Assembly (NCBI RefSeq): GCF_964194155.1
Contig: NC_135902.1
Span: forward strand, 41,044,001 to 41,108,000
Reading direction: 5' to 3'
Source of the DNA: Cetorhinus maximus
Taxonomy: Eukaryota
Length of the DNA stretch: 64,000 nucleotides
The notes beneath the pieces were generated by a model. The model was given only the letters and a program-made list of their open reading frames with translations, ran no database searches and was not told the origin of the DNA. The position numbers were made by a program, and so were the translations under genes. Of this stretch, positions 12,355 to 24,639 are shown one piece after another (position 1 is the first letter of the stretch; each line of letters opens with the position of its first letter).

Positions 12355-12582
12355 TAATACGATGCACTAAACGGCAAATAGTTATTTTTAAGCACTTCAT
12401 GTTCCAATGCTCCAGGAGGCTGAGTGGAGGCAATTTACGGCTCCAATTGAGGTGAAACACTTTTACGAGGACACATACACTTAAACACAGGAAATGGAAC
12501 ATAGAATACTCCAGCACTGCTGTCCATTCAGGAACAGAGTGCATGGAATCAACTACACTTATTCCAAAAAAACAAAGCTCTG

Positions 12583-12584
<2 letters not shown>

Positions 12585-12614
<30 letters not shown>
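12585..12614. repeat. (CA)15 microsatellite
   Basis: Read directly from the sequence. Confidence 0.95.
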
Positions 12615-12619
<5 letters not shown>

Positions 12620-13204
12620 GCCCAGCCAAAAAGAATTAGTTTGATTTGAAATATGTGCGGAGAGAAGAGATGTGTAACTTAATTTGGTCCTGAGATTGTT
12701 TGCTTCTGAGTATTCCTGCCTTATCAATAAACCATACCAATTTTTTAAAGGTAATTCTGGCACAACAAATAATTCACCAAGTGCTGTTTACCACCTTTAC
12801 CACTGACAGGATGGGACTTCAAATGGCCTGTTTGTTAGATCTTCATCTGCCAATGCATCTTTTGATTTTAAGAAGGCAGCTCTTTTAAAGCGATCGTCAC
12901 CTCGGTTATATTCTAAGCTAAAGTGTGTGTCTGTGTCTGTCTGTGTCTATGTATTTGTGTGTGTTTCTTAATGTTGATATTTGAATTTAAAGTTACGTTT
13001 GGCGACACAAGATTTTATAAAAAGCTCCTGGCCCTTTCGAGTACACCACTCCTCTGTTCCTCTGTTGTATCTTTCTCTAAATGGGTAACTATGTTGGGCA
13101 AAGGATTTTTTTTTTTCCCCTTTGGCTACAACACATTCATCATACGTTGGATTCAGAATACACAATGGAGAAGGTAGAATTGTACCTCTTCGCTCTTTTC
13201 ACAG

Positions 13205-13324
13205 TGGCTGTGCTGAGATTTATACCAACCCTGTACTGCAGTAGCGGACAGCGTGGACTAAATCCGGAGCCACTCGCACTGATCAGCTTGAGGCCCCCTC
13301 TTCCACCATGTACTATATCCTTTG
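13205..13324 (+). other. Candidate 120-nt exon (unassigned)
   Basis: Good acceptor CCTCTTCGCTCTTTTCACAG, weak donor TTG|GTACAG, and one open frame. No recognisable product. Confidence 0.15.
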
Positions 13325-15239
13325 GTACAGAGACAACATACATTTGAATTTGAGTTTCATGCTCTTTTTAAAAAAAAAAATCACCTCAGGTTATATCCAG
13401 TTACAAACCCAGTCCCAGCTCTCTGGGGCAAGGCTGTGTTCTACCTTTTTTGGAAAAGTCATGTGGCAAACATTTATACTTTAGAATCGTGAGCATGTCT
13501 GCGGCATTCTACATAAACACCTCATGTAGAAAAAGAATTTGTGGTGATATTGTACAGAGCAGCCTTATTTTCATGTGAACGAAAAGAATGTGCTATCTTG
13601 CTCCTGTCTGAAGAGGCTCAAGTTTGTACTGGCTATGGCTGGGTGGGGTAGGGCTTCATAATCTTCGTGGGTCATGTTTATACGGTGAAGCTTTACAAAA
13701 CACACTGTTCAAAATCAACATTCCATTTGCGTAGACCTCATGCTGTTGACATTAAGAAGTTCAAAAGGAATTTACAACTTCTGGAGATGATAAAGCCTCT
13801 GTATCTTGTACCAAATAATAGTCCATCAATAACCAACTGCCAGCATCCCCAGATAACACGTCTAATTTGCGGACCTCTGCTCTCTCTCGCTCTCTCTTTG
13901 TCTGTCTCCCTTTCTCTCTCTCTCTCTCTCTGTCATTTGAACCCCGTTCCCCTTATCTACCTTTTTGCTGAATCCATTGGGTTTTGTTTGTATTTTTAAC
14001 TTCACGCCTGAAAATGACCCATCGGGCAGACTTTAAATGAGTGAGAACTTGCCGCCTATCTCGGCATTGAGGGAACAAATTGGGAGAGGGGTCTGCCGGT
14101 GGGAGACAGGTGGAGATTTTAACCTCTTGAGTATTTCCTGTCACGCGGGTCACAGCATGGAAAATGTTCCTTGCTATTTTCTTTCCTTCATCTGGCCCCT
14201 GGTGCAAGTTCAGTCCAGTCGGAGGAGCGATGTTGCAGCAACTTCACGCTCTGAAGTTGTATAGATCTGCCTCTTGCATCATAACATGTGTGTTTCTCTC
14301 TGCTTTTTTTTTAAAAAAATGAAGCATTTGCACACTGCATGTACTGTTTGAATGCCAAATGTTCTGGTCATGTGTTGTTTCTGTTTTAGACCCAACCCAG
14401 TGAAAACTCCTTTCATTTAGGAGCTGCAGGGGAAAGGTGATGGTGCTCTGTCTCTTCACTGAACTTGGAGGTGAGCTGCAGAGGTGGAGGGCGTATTGTA
14501 TTGTAACATGAACAGACTTGCTGAGTATTGGTGATGGAGGGACTGGATTTGTACCAGCCTTATTAGCCCTTTCCAAATGCTGTCCTAATTTGACTTGCAG
14601 ACTGAATAGTGAGGGAAGCTGGTTATGACTTGTGCCTCTCCAGCTTGTTTTAAACAAACAGCTGCCTTAATGTCACATTCCTGCACCGGGAGGACGGTTT
14701 TCCCTGAAAACCATTGTGTGGGTGGAGGGGGGGGGGGCGCTGGCATGGGCACTGTTGCCAAGGCGACTGAGACCAGAGCCTTGATGGTTGGACATTGATG
14801 GTTGTGCTGCTTTGGTAACCCTTTGTGTTTCTGAAGATACGAAGTTCACATGAGGAGCAATTCCTGTGGGTGGGAACGTGGAGCTCAGCGACAGCTCCGC
14901 TTGTGACTTTTAGTTTGTATTAGAAGCTGTGCAGTTTTACAACCATCAGCCAAATCGGGGTACAGTAGTGCAGAGAAAATAGGGGAAAGCAATTAAGTGA
15001 AAGTGTGGCTGCCAGGCAATTTAGGTTGGGGTGGGGGCTGCTGACGGTATTGCACAATGTAAATTAAGAGAGGCAAGTCTTAAGTTGGACTGTTTATCTG
15101 GTACCTATATTGGGTCTGAGGTAGAAGCAGTGTCTTGTGTGTCCTGCACAGGCCCTGAGCCACAATCACACCTGAATCCTGAACGCTAGGTCAATTGAAA
15201 AGTTCCAAACTGATGGATTATTGTTCACTGTGGTTTTTG

Positions 15240-15335
15240 AGGAGGGGTGGATGGTGTTGGGATACAGATCAGCCGCGATCTAACTGAATGGTGGAATAGT
15301 GTCGAGGGGCTGAATAGCCTGTACCTGTTCCTGTG
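15240..15335 (+). mobile_element. CR1-type LINE 3' tail fragment
   Basis: AGATCAGCCGCGATCTAACTGAATGGTGG...GAGGGGCTGAATAGCCT resembles the tail at 27055-27125. Confidence 0.7.
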
Positions 15336-15842
15336 ACACTGCCGCTGTCCAGATGTGAGTGAAGCCTTGATTTTCCCCTGGTCATTACTCAAACATCAAC
15401 AGTGAACTTTAATGCGATTGGGAAAATTGAGGCTTTTATGCCTCATCCTCCACAATCACTTGTAACATTTTGTCTATTATTCAATAAACTCAGTATTTGA
15501 GTCTGGAGTGAAGTGGGAGTGCCTAAAGTGCATTATATAAGCTCTTTTTATTAGCGCGCTGTTGTCTCTCTCTGACTTTCAAGTTACCCTCTTTGAACTT
15601 CCCAGGCCAGGAGGGCTGCTACAGACTGTTGTCTGGTGGAAACAGGCCTACATCCTCACTGGCCTAAACCCATCAAACAGGAACCTGTCTGCACCAGCCC
15701 TCCCAGCAGAGCTTCATAGTGTTCACACGTTGGATGGTTTACGGAGGAGATTAGACTGGGAGCTCTCAACATTGCAATGTATCCAGTCCCGTATTCTGAA
15801 AGGTTCGAGACTCTTGAAATAAAGAGATTCCTTAATGTTGTT

Positions 15843-16190
15843 TATTTTCACAATGTGGACATCACTGGTCAGGCTGGCATTTATTGCCGATCTCTAGCTG
15901 CCCAAAGCAGGTAATGGGGGACTGCCTTCTTCAGTTCCTAGGTTCCTGTGTGGCTATTCTTGTTGTGATTTGATATAACTGAGTTGGCCACTTGCGATGA
16001 GTCAACCTGGCTGAAGGTCTGGAGTTGCATGTAGACCAGACTGGGTAGGGTTGGCATGTTCCCTTCCCCAAAGGACACTAGTGAACCAGTTGAGGTTTTA
16101 ATGACAATCTAGCAACTTTGTCGTAACGTTGATATGAGATTTTTAATTTCTGAAGTTTTTGAACTGATTTCAAATCCTCATTGAATATTG
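15843..16190 (-). mobile_element. Decayed SINE of the same family as 6775-7811
   Basis: Shared blocks GAGTCAACC, CATGTAGACCAGAC, CCTTCCCCAAAGGAC and TAGTGAACCAG. Confidence 0.65.
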
Positions 16191-16305
16191 ACCCTTTAGT
16201 AACTGTCACCAGGAAATGCATCTGTTGGGTCAAAGTCACGGACCATATACACTTGTGGATTGGTACTTTAATCATGGATTTCAAATAGCGCAAAGGCTGT
16301 TTATA

Positions 16306-16450
16306 TGAATGAAGGATATGCACGCTGACCTTCAAACTGAACTAAACAGATGAGCAGAATGGCACAACCCCCTGTAGTGGGAAGGGATGACATTGTTCAC
16401 CTGACCTTTGTGAAGTTCAGTTTGAAGGTAATGTGCATATCCTTCATTCA
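16306..16450. repeat. 145-nt fold-back (long inverted repeat)
   Basis: Arm 16306-16343 TGAATGAAGGATATGCACGCTGACCTTCAAACTGAACT is a near-perfect reverse complement of 16414-16450. The interior is also partly self-complementary. Confidence 0.9.
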
Positions 16451-17464
16451 CAGAGTGTGTTCAAAGGGCACATCTATGGGCTTCCTACAGTTTTTAAATG
16501 CTGCAAAACTGTGTGACGCTTGAGTTGGCTGCAGATGAATAATTGAAGCCCCTATCCAAACTGGTGCCCTTCGCTTTCAATAAAGCGATATGAAGGTGTC
16601 CATTGATTCGAGGGAAAGCTTCCCACTATCCAACCTGTGAAGGCACACTGGTGGCTTCTTATTATAATTTAAGTACAACAGGCCTTTTCCTTGCTTATTG
16701 CAGATTTTCATGCTTGAAGAACAAAGAGCTGGTTTCTCAGAAGTAAAACAGACTGTTGGAGGGAGCTTGTCAATGGGAAATTGCAGCTTAAATAGCAGTG
16801 AATGCTAACTGTCAGCCCATTAAAATAATGAAGAGAATTTTATAACATTCAGGGCTTTCTGTGTTTTGAGTGTGTGCATTCCAGTATCATGTACCACAGA
16901 AACTGACTTTAAAGCGTTGACACCTCTAACAAAATATTCGTTTTGAACACGCGCTCTGCAGTATTACAAACAAATCCGCCCGGCAAATTAGTTGAAAGGT
17001 TGGAGATGTGGAGATTCTAGACAGATTTCCCGGTAATCGAATGCTTAGCTGACGCGACAGGAGAAAGTGCAAGGAGTGGGTGTCAATGGATGCAGGTTCC
17101 TGAAATTCTAAGCCAATGGTTTGCACAGGCCCTTGTGTTAGGAGTGAAGCAATTTAGATTTGAATTTGAATCGAGGCTTTTTATTCTCCGGCGTTTTGGG
17201 GGATAGTATTTGGGCGCTGCAGTAGACGAATGGGCTGCCCTTGAAAACACAGTTTGCAAGAGGGTCTGTTTTCTTGGATAGTTAAATTAGTGCATTCACT
17301 GCAGTGTAGCTCACTTCAGGGAATGCACCTTGGCATTTTCCATTATGTAAGAGGAATAATCAGCCAAGTAATTACCCCACTCCCCCCCCCACCCCAAAAA
17401 TGCTTATGTTTGCTGCTTCTAATCTCCCTGATGAGCTTTCTGGTCTTTCAGTAAATAAATATAA

Positions 17465-18655
17465 ATATTAAGGACAGCCAGCTTGCATCTGTTAAAGACA
17501 AACAGTGTTTAGCTAACTTGACTGTTTTTTTTTTGATAAGGTAACAGAGCGTTGTGAGGTGATGTGAATTGATGTGATGTACGTTGACTTCCAGAAGGCG
17601 TTTGATGAAATGCTATATAATAGACCAAACCCATGGAATAAGTGGGAAGGTGACAGCATTGGGTGCAGAGCTGGCTGAGTGATAGGAAGCAGAGAGTAAT
17701 GGTGAATGGTTATCTCTCAGACTGGAGGAAAGTGCATTGTGGGCTTGCCCAGGGGTTGGCATTAAAATCCCTGCTTTTTTCTCCATGTATGTGACCTATG
17801 CTTGGGTGCACAGGGCACAGTTTCAAAATTTGCACATGATTCAGAGGCTGGTGGAATGGGTGGACATCGGGCAGATGCAATTTAACGCAGAGAGAAGTGT
17901 GAAGTGATTGATTCTAGTAGGAAGAGCAATTAGGAAACGCAATATGTAAAATAGAGCGTTCCATTTTATAGGGGACGCAAGAACAATGTGACCTGGGAAT
18001 TGTTGACGGTGGGAGGGCAGGTTGAGAAAGGGTTAAAAAGGCAGACACGATCCTGGGCTTTCTAAAGAGAGGCACAGAGTACAAAAGCAAGGAAGTTATG
18101 GTGAGCCTTTATAAACACTGGTTCAGCCTTAACTGGAATATTGTGCCCAATTCTGGGCATTCTACAGTAGGAAGGGTATGAAGGCTTTAGAGACAGTACA
18201 GGAACGATTTTGGGGAATGGCTGCAGGCGTGAGGGACTTCAGTTACGTGGACAGATTGGAGAAGTTGGGGTTGTTCTCCCTAGAGAAGAGAGGTTGAGAG
18301 GAGATTGGATAGAGATGTTCAAAATCAGAGTAGATAGAGAGAAACCCTCCCCATTGGCAGGAGGGTTGAGAACCAAAGGACTCTGACTTAAGGTGATTGG
18401 CAGAACTACCAGAGGCAACATGAGGAAGAGCGTTTTTTATGCCGGGAGTGGTTAGGATCTGGAATGCACTGCCTGATAGTGTGGCAGAGGCAGGTTTAAT
18501 CGTGGCTTTCAAAGGGGAATTGGATAAGCAGCTGAAGAGAGGGTGAACATTTTCAGCATTATAGAGAAAGGGTAGGGGAGTGGGACGAGCTGAGAGCTGC
18601 CTTGGACACAACAGGTTGAATGCCTCATTCTGTGCTCTAACTATTCTGTGATGCT
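17465..18655 (+). mobile_element. CR1-type LINE, decayed reverse-transcriptase region plus 3' end
   Basis: Frameshifted remnants of CR1 RT motifs (CLANL, DVMYVDFQKAFD, GLAQGLALKSLLF, LYKHWFSL/QPxLEYCAQFW, WNALP) followed by a CR1-like 3' tail. Confidence 0.9.
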
Positions 18656-19109
18656 AATTTTTTTCCAAGCTCGCTGGTGTGTGGATCTTGTTCAGTCTTA
18701 TCAAACACTACCCTCTGCTGGTAAACCAGCAGAAGCACAGGTTTAATTTTTCGACACTTTCCAAATTTGCTTCAAGCCTTGTCTTCTTCAGCATGTATCA
18801 GTTATTGGTCCTGAACAATAGGCATCTGAAGAGTTCAAAGCATGCAACAAATACATGAGTTATAATGCGGAGCAGGGATGCGAGAGATTGGGAACCTGGG
18901 AAATAATAAATGTGGTGGAGTACATCTCAATAGTTCTTATTGATGGGCCACATGTAAGTTGTATAACTAGCTGAGACAGGATTTCATAGAAATTCAGTGG
19001 GGTTTATTTTGTTTAAATCTGCTTTGTACTGTGAAGTCTCTGTCACTTTCTTACAGCCAATAGACTGATCTATTAGATGAGCAACTCCTCACTCCTAAAG
19101 CATGTGACT

Positions 19110-19243
19110 TTAGGCAGACACACCAGTGCATCGCTGAAGGAGTGCTGCGGTGTCAGAAGTGCCATCCTTTATGATTGAGCTGTTCAACCAAGGCCCCATT
19201 TGGTGTTCCCAGGGTTAAATGGACTTTAAAGATCCCATGGCAC
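19110..19243 (+). mobile_element. Internal fragment of Deu-domain SINE
   Basis: CCAGTGCA...GGAGTGCTGC...AAAGATCCCATGGCAC matches the reverse complement of 20870-20970. Confidence 0.6.
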
Positions 19244-19767
19244 GCCCACGAGATTACAGTAGTTTCAAAAATATGTATATGTGAATGAAACTCATTGCAA
19301 ATGCATTCTGTTTTCTTTAAAATCAATGGCTCTGATTCGAAGAAGAACAGGGAATTGCCCTTTGACCAACTCTAACAAAATAGAGATGAATTTGCCGATC
19401 GCTGCAGTGCTTTTTGTGAGGCTTTGCTGTGCACGTTGTTGGGAGAAGTGTAGCTTGTCATTACTCTGAAGTTGAAGTAAGAGGTCAAAGAGGTCTGCAG
19501 GGCGAGTGTCATTCTCACTGTGACATTGTGACCCAGACCTGAGGAAAACACTAGAAAAGGAGAGTCTGGGATCCCGAGGCCCAATGTTACCCATTCCCTT
19601 TAAAATATGCCACAATTACTACGCATCATGTTAATTTATTTATTTGTATGCTGTATCCCAAAATGTTATTTTCGAACAGCAGACCATCTAATTTGCATTT
19701 GAATAAATCAACATGATTTACTTCCACTGATTGCTGAGTCCTGCCTGTTTTGTGCAAAAAAAAAATC

Positions 19768-19784
19768 TGCTGCCATCTAGAGAC
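19768..19784 (-). promoter_or_regulatory. CTCF-like motif
   Basis: Minus strand reads GTCTCTAGATGGCAGCA, compared with the consensus CCACYAGRKGGCRS. Motif match only. Confidence 0.25.
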
Positions 19785-20644
19785 AAATTGAAGTGTTGCA
19801 GCAACTGGTGCTTCTGGAATACATGCTGCAGGGCGGAGCCAGCATCAGAAAGTAAATCTCCCACACGCATATTCGCTTAAAAAAAAACTGCTCTTTTAGA
19901 AAGTTAATGTTGCATACGGGATTGTTGTAAGGAACCGAATCGTTTGCTCCTGTTGGCGTTAGCAGGCAGAGTACTGGCATGTGCCAATCTCCCATTCTAT
20001 CACCGTTTTGCAATCCAAAACTGCCTGGAGTGCCCGTAAGCTTTGTAAGACCCAACAATCTAGCCCACATAGCTGAGGTAACTCTGATCCATCAGTGCCC
20101 CTAGTTATGACTGGGTTTGCTCTGTTTCAATGTCTGGTGCCTTCAGAGTTTGGAAATGGCTGTTCTTATAACCTTGATTGATGTTTGAATCACAGAGCTG
20201 AAGCTCTGTTACTAACTGCAGCTCGTGTTATGTGTAAATGAATATTTTACGTTTTGTCTCTGGTTCTTGAGGCTGTGTATTGTGTATCCAAGTATCCCTC
20301 ATAGGATAAAAGCTTGAATGCTCCTGCTATAGGGTTCAGCGGTGTAGACGTTACACTCTAATCTCCTTAATTAGGCATATGACCTCAAAGTCTGAATTGG
20401 GCAGGACCTGTTTGTGCTAGTGGATGTTGACTGTATTGCAGATAAGTGTGGAAATGTTTTTTTTGCTGAGCCTTTGTACAGTTTTCAACAGTGTTAAAAT
20501 AGTTGCTAAAGAAAGCTGTCCATGATGTTTGTGGGTGGCTGCTCATTGGAAGACCAGCAAGTTCCAGACAGATCAAAGAGTGTCATTCACTGAGTTAATG
20601 GTCAGCAGCACTGGGCGCTTATAACCTTGCGCTAAGTCTACATA

Positions 20645-21065
20645 GAAAGAAAGACCTGCATTTATATGGCACCTTTCATCACCTCAAGGATGTCACAAAG
20701 GACTTTACAGCCAATGAAGTACTTTTTGAAGTATAGTCATTGCAAAATGGCTGCATGCTTCCCACAGTACAACCGAATCGCACAGTTTATGCCCAGATGG
20801 TCTCTTTCTTGGTGATTTTGATAACTACTGGCCAGGACGCCAGGGCGAACTTGCATTTTCTCTTTGAATAGTGCCAGGGATCATTGTGCCAACTGAGAGG
20901 GCCGGTTGGGCTTTAGTTTGATGTTTCGTCTGACAGTGCAGCACTCCCTCAGTACTGCACTGGAGCGTCAGCCTGGATTTTCTGTGCTCCGGTTTCTTGG
21001 AGAGGGACTTCACCCCACAATCTTTTGACCCCAAGGAAGAGTGCTGCCACTGAGCCAAGTCTGAC
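20645..21065 (-). mobile_element. Near full-length Deu-domain SINE (SacSINE1-like) with tRNA-derived head
   Basis: Minus strand shows a TTGGCTCAGTGG head, a CCAGTGCAGTACTGAGGGAGTGCTGCACTGTC body and a GAAAGGTGCCATATAAATGCAGGTCTTTCTTT tail. Confidence 0.8.
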
Positions 21066-22124
21066 GCTACCAATATTCCGAGCCCCATTCCAATGAATGT
21101 ATCTGATGCGTTCATGTTTCAAGTAAACGGAGCGTTGCTTAGAAGGGTGGGTGATTTTGGATGCATTTGAAAATATCCTGACGCTTGATTTTATTTTCAA
21201 ACCCCTGATCTGTGTAAGTCATTGCTCAGTTGTGACTCTCGGATTTATAATTTGTTTGTGATTGGCATTTTGAGCTGGCGTTGTGAACACCCTGGCCACT
21301 TAAAAACTTTTACATAAAATTGGATAAAACTCTTCTTCACGAAGCAAGGGGGAGCTTGGATCTGTGGCACTTTGGCACCCTCTGTAGGTGAGATGAGAGA
21401 CTGCAGTTTGGCAGTGCTTTCTTGGACAGTATTGAGTTTGCACCATGACTGCCCTGGTCCTGCAGTGCAGGGTTGTGGGGCCCTCTGCCGGCTAGCTGAG
21501 AGACTGCAGTCTGTAAGCCCCTTGACCTGGTGTTCGTCTGCATTTTGCCAATTTTAAATTAACAAAAGGAGCAGATGCAGAGTTGCAATTGGAGATCTAC
21601 ACAGGTGCCCCCCGCCCTCAAACTGTAGAGGCACCACTAATGTAATTAAATTTAATTCTGCTGAAGTAAACTCTTAATTTAAAGTTAAAGCTTGGGGCAG
21701 TGGGGGTTGGGGAGAAGGCCCCTGTCTAAAGCCCTTTGCCATAGTATACCGAGGGCTAGAGACTGTGTAAAAACCCATTGGGCACTGTGGAGAGTAGAGA
21801 ACATTTGACATGAAATGTAAATGCACATTGGAAATCTAACCTGTCATGGGAAGTATAGTGAGGCACCCCAGCTGCTGAAGAAACTAATCGGTGTTGCACT
21901 TTACACTAATGTCAAATTTGAACCGTTCTGTAACTTCTACAAATTTTATAAATAAAGCATATTTTTATTTAAAAAAAAACACTATATTTAAAACCTGAAT
22001 GTCGTTGTCAATGAGGCACTCTGTGAAATTGGGCTCCACAGCACCAATGGTGCTGGAAGCACTGATGTAGAAAAGGGCGGGGGAGGGGTTGGTGCGCGAT
22101 GGCTCTGAAATGGCCTGGGAAGGG

Positions 22125-22467
22125 NNNNNNNNNNNNNNNNNNNNNNNNNNNNNNNNNNNNNNNNNNNNNNNNNNNNNNNNNNNNNNNNNNNNNNNNNNNN
22201 NNNNNNNNNNNNNNNNNNNNNNNNNNNNNNNNNNNNNNNNNNNNNNNNNNNNNNNNNNNNNNNNNNNNNNNNNNNNNNNNNNNNNNNNNNNNNNNGTGTG
22301 TCTGNNNNNNNNNNNNNNNNNNNNNNNNNNNNNNNNNNNNNNNNNNNNNNNNNNNNNNNNNNNNNNNNNNNNNNNNNNNNNNNNNNNNNNNNNNNNNNNN
22401 NNNNNNNNNNNNNNNNNNNNNNNNNNNNNNNNNNNNNNNNNNNNNNNNNNNNNNNNNNNNNNNNNNN
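22125..22467. other. Assembly gap (N runs with a 9-bp island at 22296-22304)
   Basis: Read directly; the gap adjoins a GT microsatellite. Confidence 1.
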
Positions 22468-22576
22468 GTGTGTCTGACTGTGTGTGTGTGTGTCTGACTG
22501 TGTGTGTGTGTGTGTGTGTGACTGTGTGTGTGTGTGTGTCTGACTGTGTGTGTGTGTCTGACTGTGTGTGTGTCTG

Positions 22577-22610
<34 letters not shown>

Positions 22611-22655
22611 TGACTGTGTGTGTCTGACTGTGCATGTGTGTGTGTGTGTCTGTCT
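22468..22655. repeat. Compound (GT)n microsatellite interrupted by CTGACT
   Basis: Read directly from the sequence. Confidence 0.95.
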
Positions 22656-23119
22656 GAAGCATTCGTAGTGGGCAGGTTATGCAGTCAGACAGCCGCTCAG
22701 GCTGGTTTGACGCACGTTTTTTGAAACTAGATTCAGTAAATCGACTGTGCTGCTCACTGAAAGCTGAAGATGTTTGGCTGCTTGAAGTACCCCTCCCTCA
22801 TCACCCACCAGCCCTCCTCTCCCCCCCGACCTCCGCTAGTGCTATGTAAAGGGCCAGCCATCCAAATTGCAGGTGAGGTGCTTTTGAGTTACTTCTGTTC
22901 TTGCAAAGGTTGTTTCTATTTGGAGGTGTTGTGCTGGATTTGGAAGGGAAGATTGCTATGTCCTGACAGAGAGGGCAGAGAAGTTTTGTGAACTGCCCAC
23001 ATCGAGGCTGTTACAGGCCTGAGGGATGCTGCTGCAGTCCGAGTGGGGCTGAAACAAGGCAGGGAAATCAAGCAGAGGCTGAAGAGACGGGCAGGCAGGG
23101 GAGAATGTGGGGCTTTGCA

Positions 23120-23905
23120 CTGAAGGTTTTTCAGAAAGCGCTTCATCTCCCTCGACCTCAGCCAGCAGAAATCCTGAGGCATCTGAGATTCACCAAGGAG
23201 CTGGTTACTGAGCTGTGCCACACAACCTGTGGCCACACCCCGGGTGAGGATATGCCAGTGGGTGTCAGGGACACCATTGTTTTCAGCTTTAATGCAACTG
23301 GATTCTTCCAGGCAGGAGCAGGCATTACAAACATTCCCAATTGATCTCTGCCTCAGAGAGGTGACAGAGGCCCCTTTGCCAAGAGAGGAGAGTTCATCTT
23401 CTTCTCTCGAACCGAGAGTGGGCACCTGGCTTTGCCAGAGCGGCAGGATTCCCAATGGTGCAACAAGCCATTAACTGCGCCCGTGTGGCTTTGCGGGCCC
23501 AACATATCAGGAGAGGTGTGGGAATCGCAACGGATTCCGCTCGATCAGTTGGTGTGCGACCATGCACAGACCGCCGTGTTGGTGAATGCCTGCTACCCTG
23601 GGAGCTGTCACGATGCCCTCGTCCTGAGGCAGTCTGCTGTTCCTGCCAACTTCTAGCCACAGTGAAGACTCTGCAAACTTCTCTGATAACCCCTCTCCAC
23701 GTGGCTTAATACTTCCCCACCCAACGAGGCGAGGACATGGGGCATTCAACAAGAGCCATGCAATGATGTGGTGCAGACCATTGGAGTCCTCAGTTGACAG
23801 TTCTGCTGCCTGGATCCCTCCGAGGGAGCCATACAATACTCTCTGGTGAGTGTCCCAAGTTTGCAGTGGCCGTTTGTGGCCAACACAACTTTGCAGACAT
23901 GAGAC
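23120..23905 (+). pseudogene. Degenerate PIF/Harbinger (HARBI1-like, DDE_Tnp_4) transposase
   Basis: Ordered motifs across frameshifts: LRFTKELVTELC, FNATGFFQ, LREVTEA, AGFPMVQQAINCARVAL, QLVCDH, YPGSCHDALVLRQS, FNKSHA, VVQTIGVL, FCCLD, HNFA. These match the family signatures GFPxVxGAIDCTHV, PGSxHD and IExxxGxLKxRFRCL. Confidence 0.88.
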
Positions 23906-24639
23906 CACAACCATTGCCACTAGACATACGGAAGCCACCTTCAATCAGGGTGAGCTGTGCGTGAGGGCCTAGTGAAACTCTGGTTCCCCTCGAATCTCAT
24001 CCCGTCATTACCAATGCACCATAGCTGCTCACGTTTGGAGCCCTCTCTGTTTCCTTTTGTTCCGTCTGGGGTGCTTTTCCGTCCAGCCAATTCCTGCAGA
24101 GACACCCGGCATCTTCCTTCCAATTCATGCAGTCCCTCTTTATGAGATGCACGCTGCTTTTAAGAGGGGCAGGCCAGCTCGAACACATGCACGCTGCTGG
24201 GCCCCCTGCTGAGCATTTTTGCCAGCAAGCTGAAAACAGATTGTGAATTGCGACACCAGTCCCCAAAGAGGCTGAAGCAAACTAATTTTTAACCTGTTGA
24301 TGCCCTGCATTCTCCACTGATGCAGAATGACCTTGGATAGACTGATGGACTCTGCATGTCCCTCTCCAAGGCTTGCCCTTGCACTGACTGTGAAAGTTGG
24401 TGTGTGTGGTGAATTGCTGTTTTGCTGCAGATGAACATTTTACTGAGTGTCACAATCAGTACCATTGGTGAGTGGTGGAAAGAGAGTGTTATATTATCAA
24501 GGGGTTTACTTGGAACCAGATGAATGTGAATTGTTTATCAACGAATAGTCTACCAAGATCATAATCCATCAAGAACTACCCAGTGTTGAACCATGGCTGC
24601 TTGTGCCACCAGGTCTTAGTCAGCCCAGTGCCACTGGTG

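Noticed and set aside
19400-19540. DLFDLLLQLQS...QQR resembling a GoLoco motif after an acceptor-like site
   Set aside because: The spacing and the DQR triad do not fit the motif.
21988-22662. ORFs of 132-224 aa
   Set aside because: They run through the N gap and a microsatellite.
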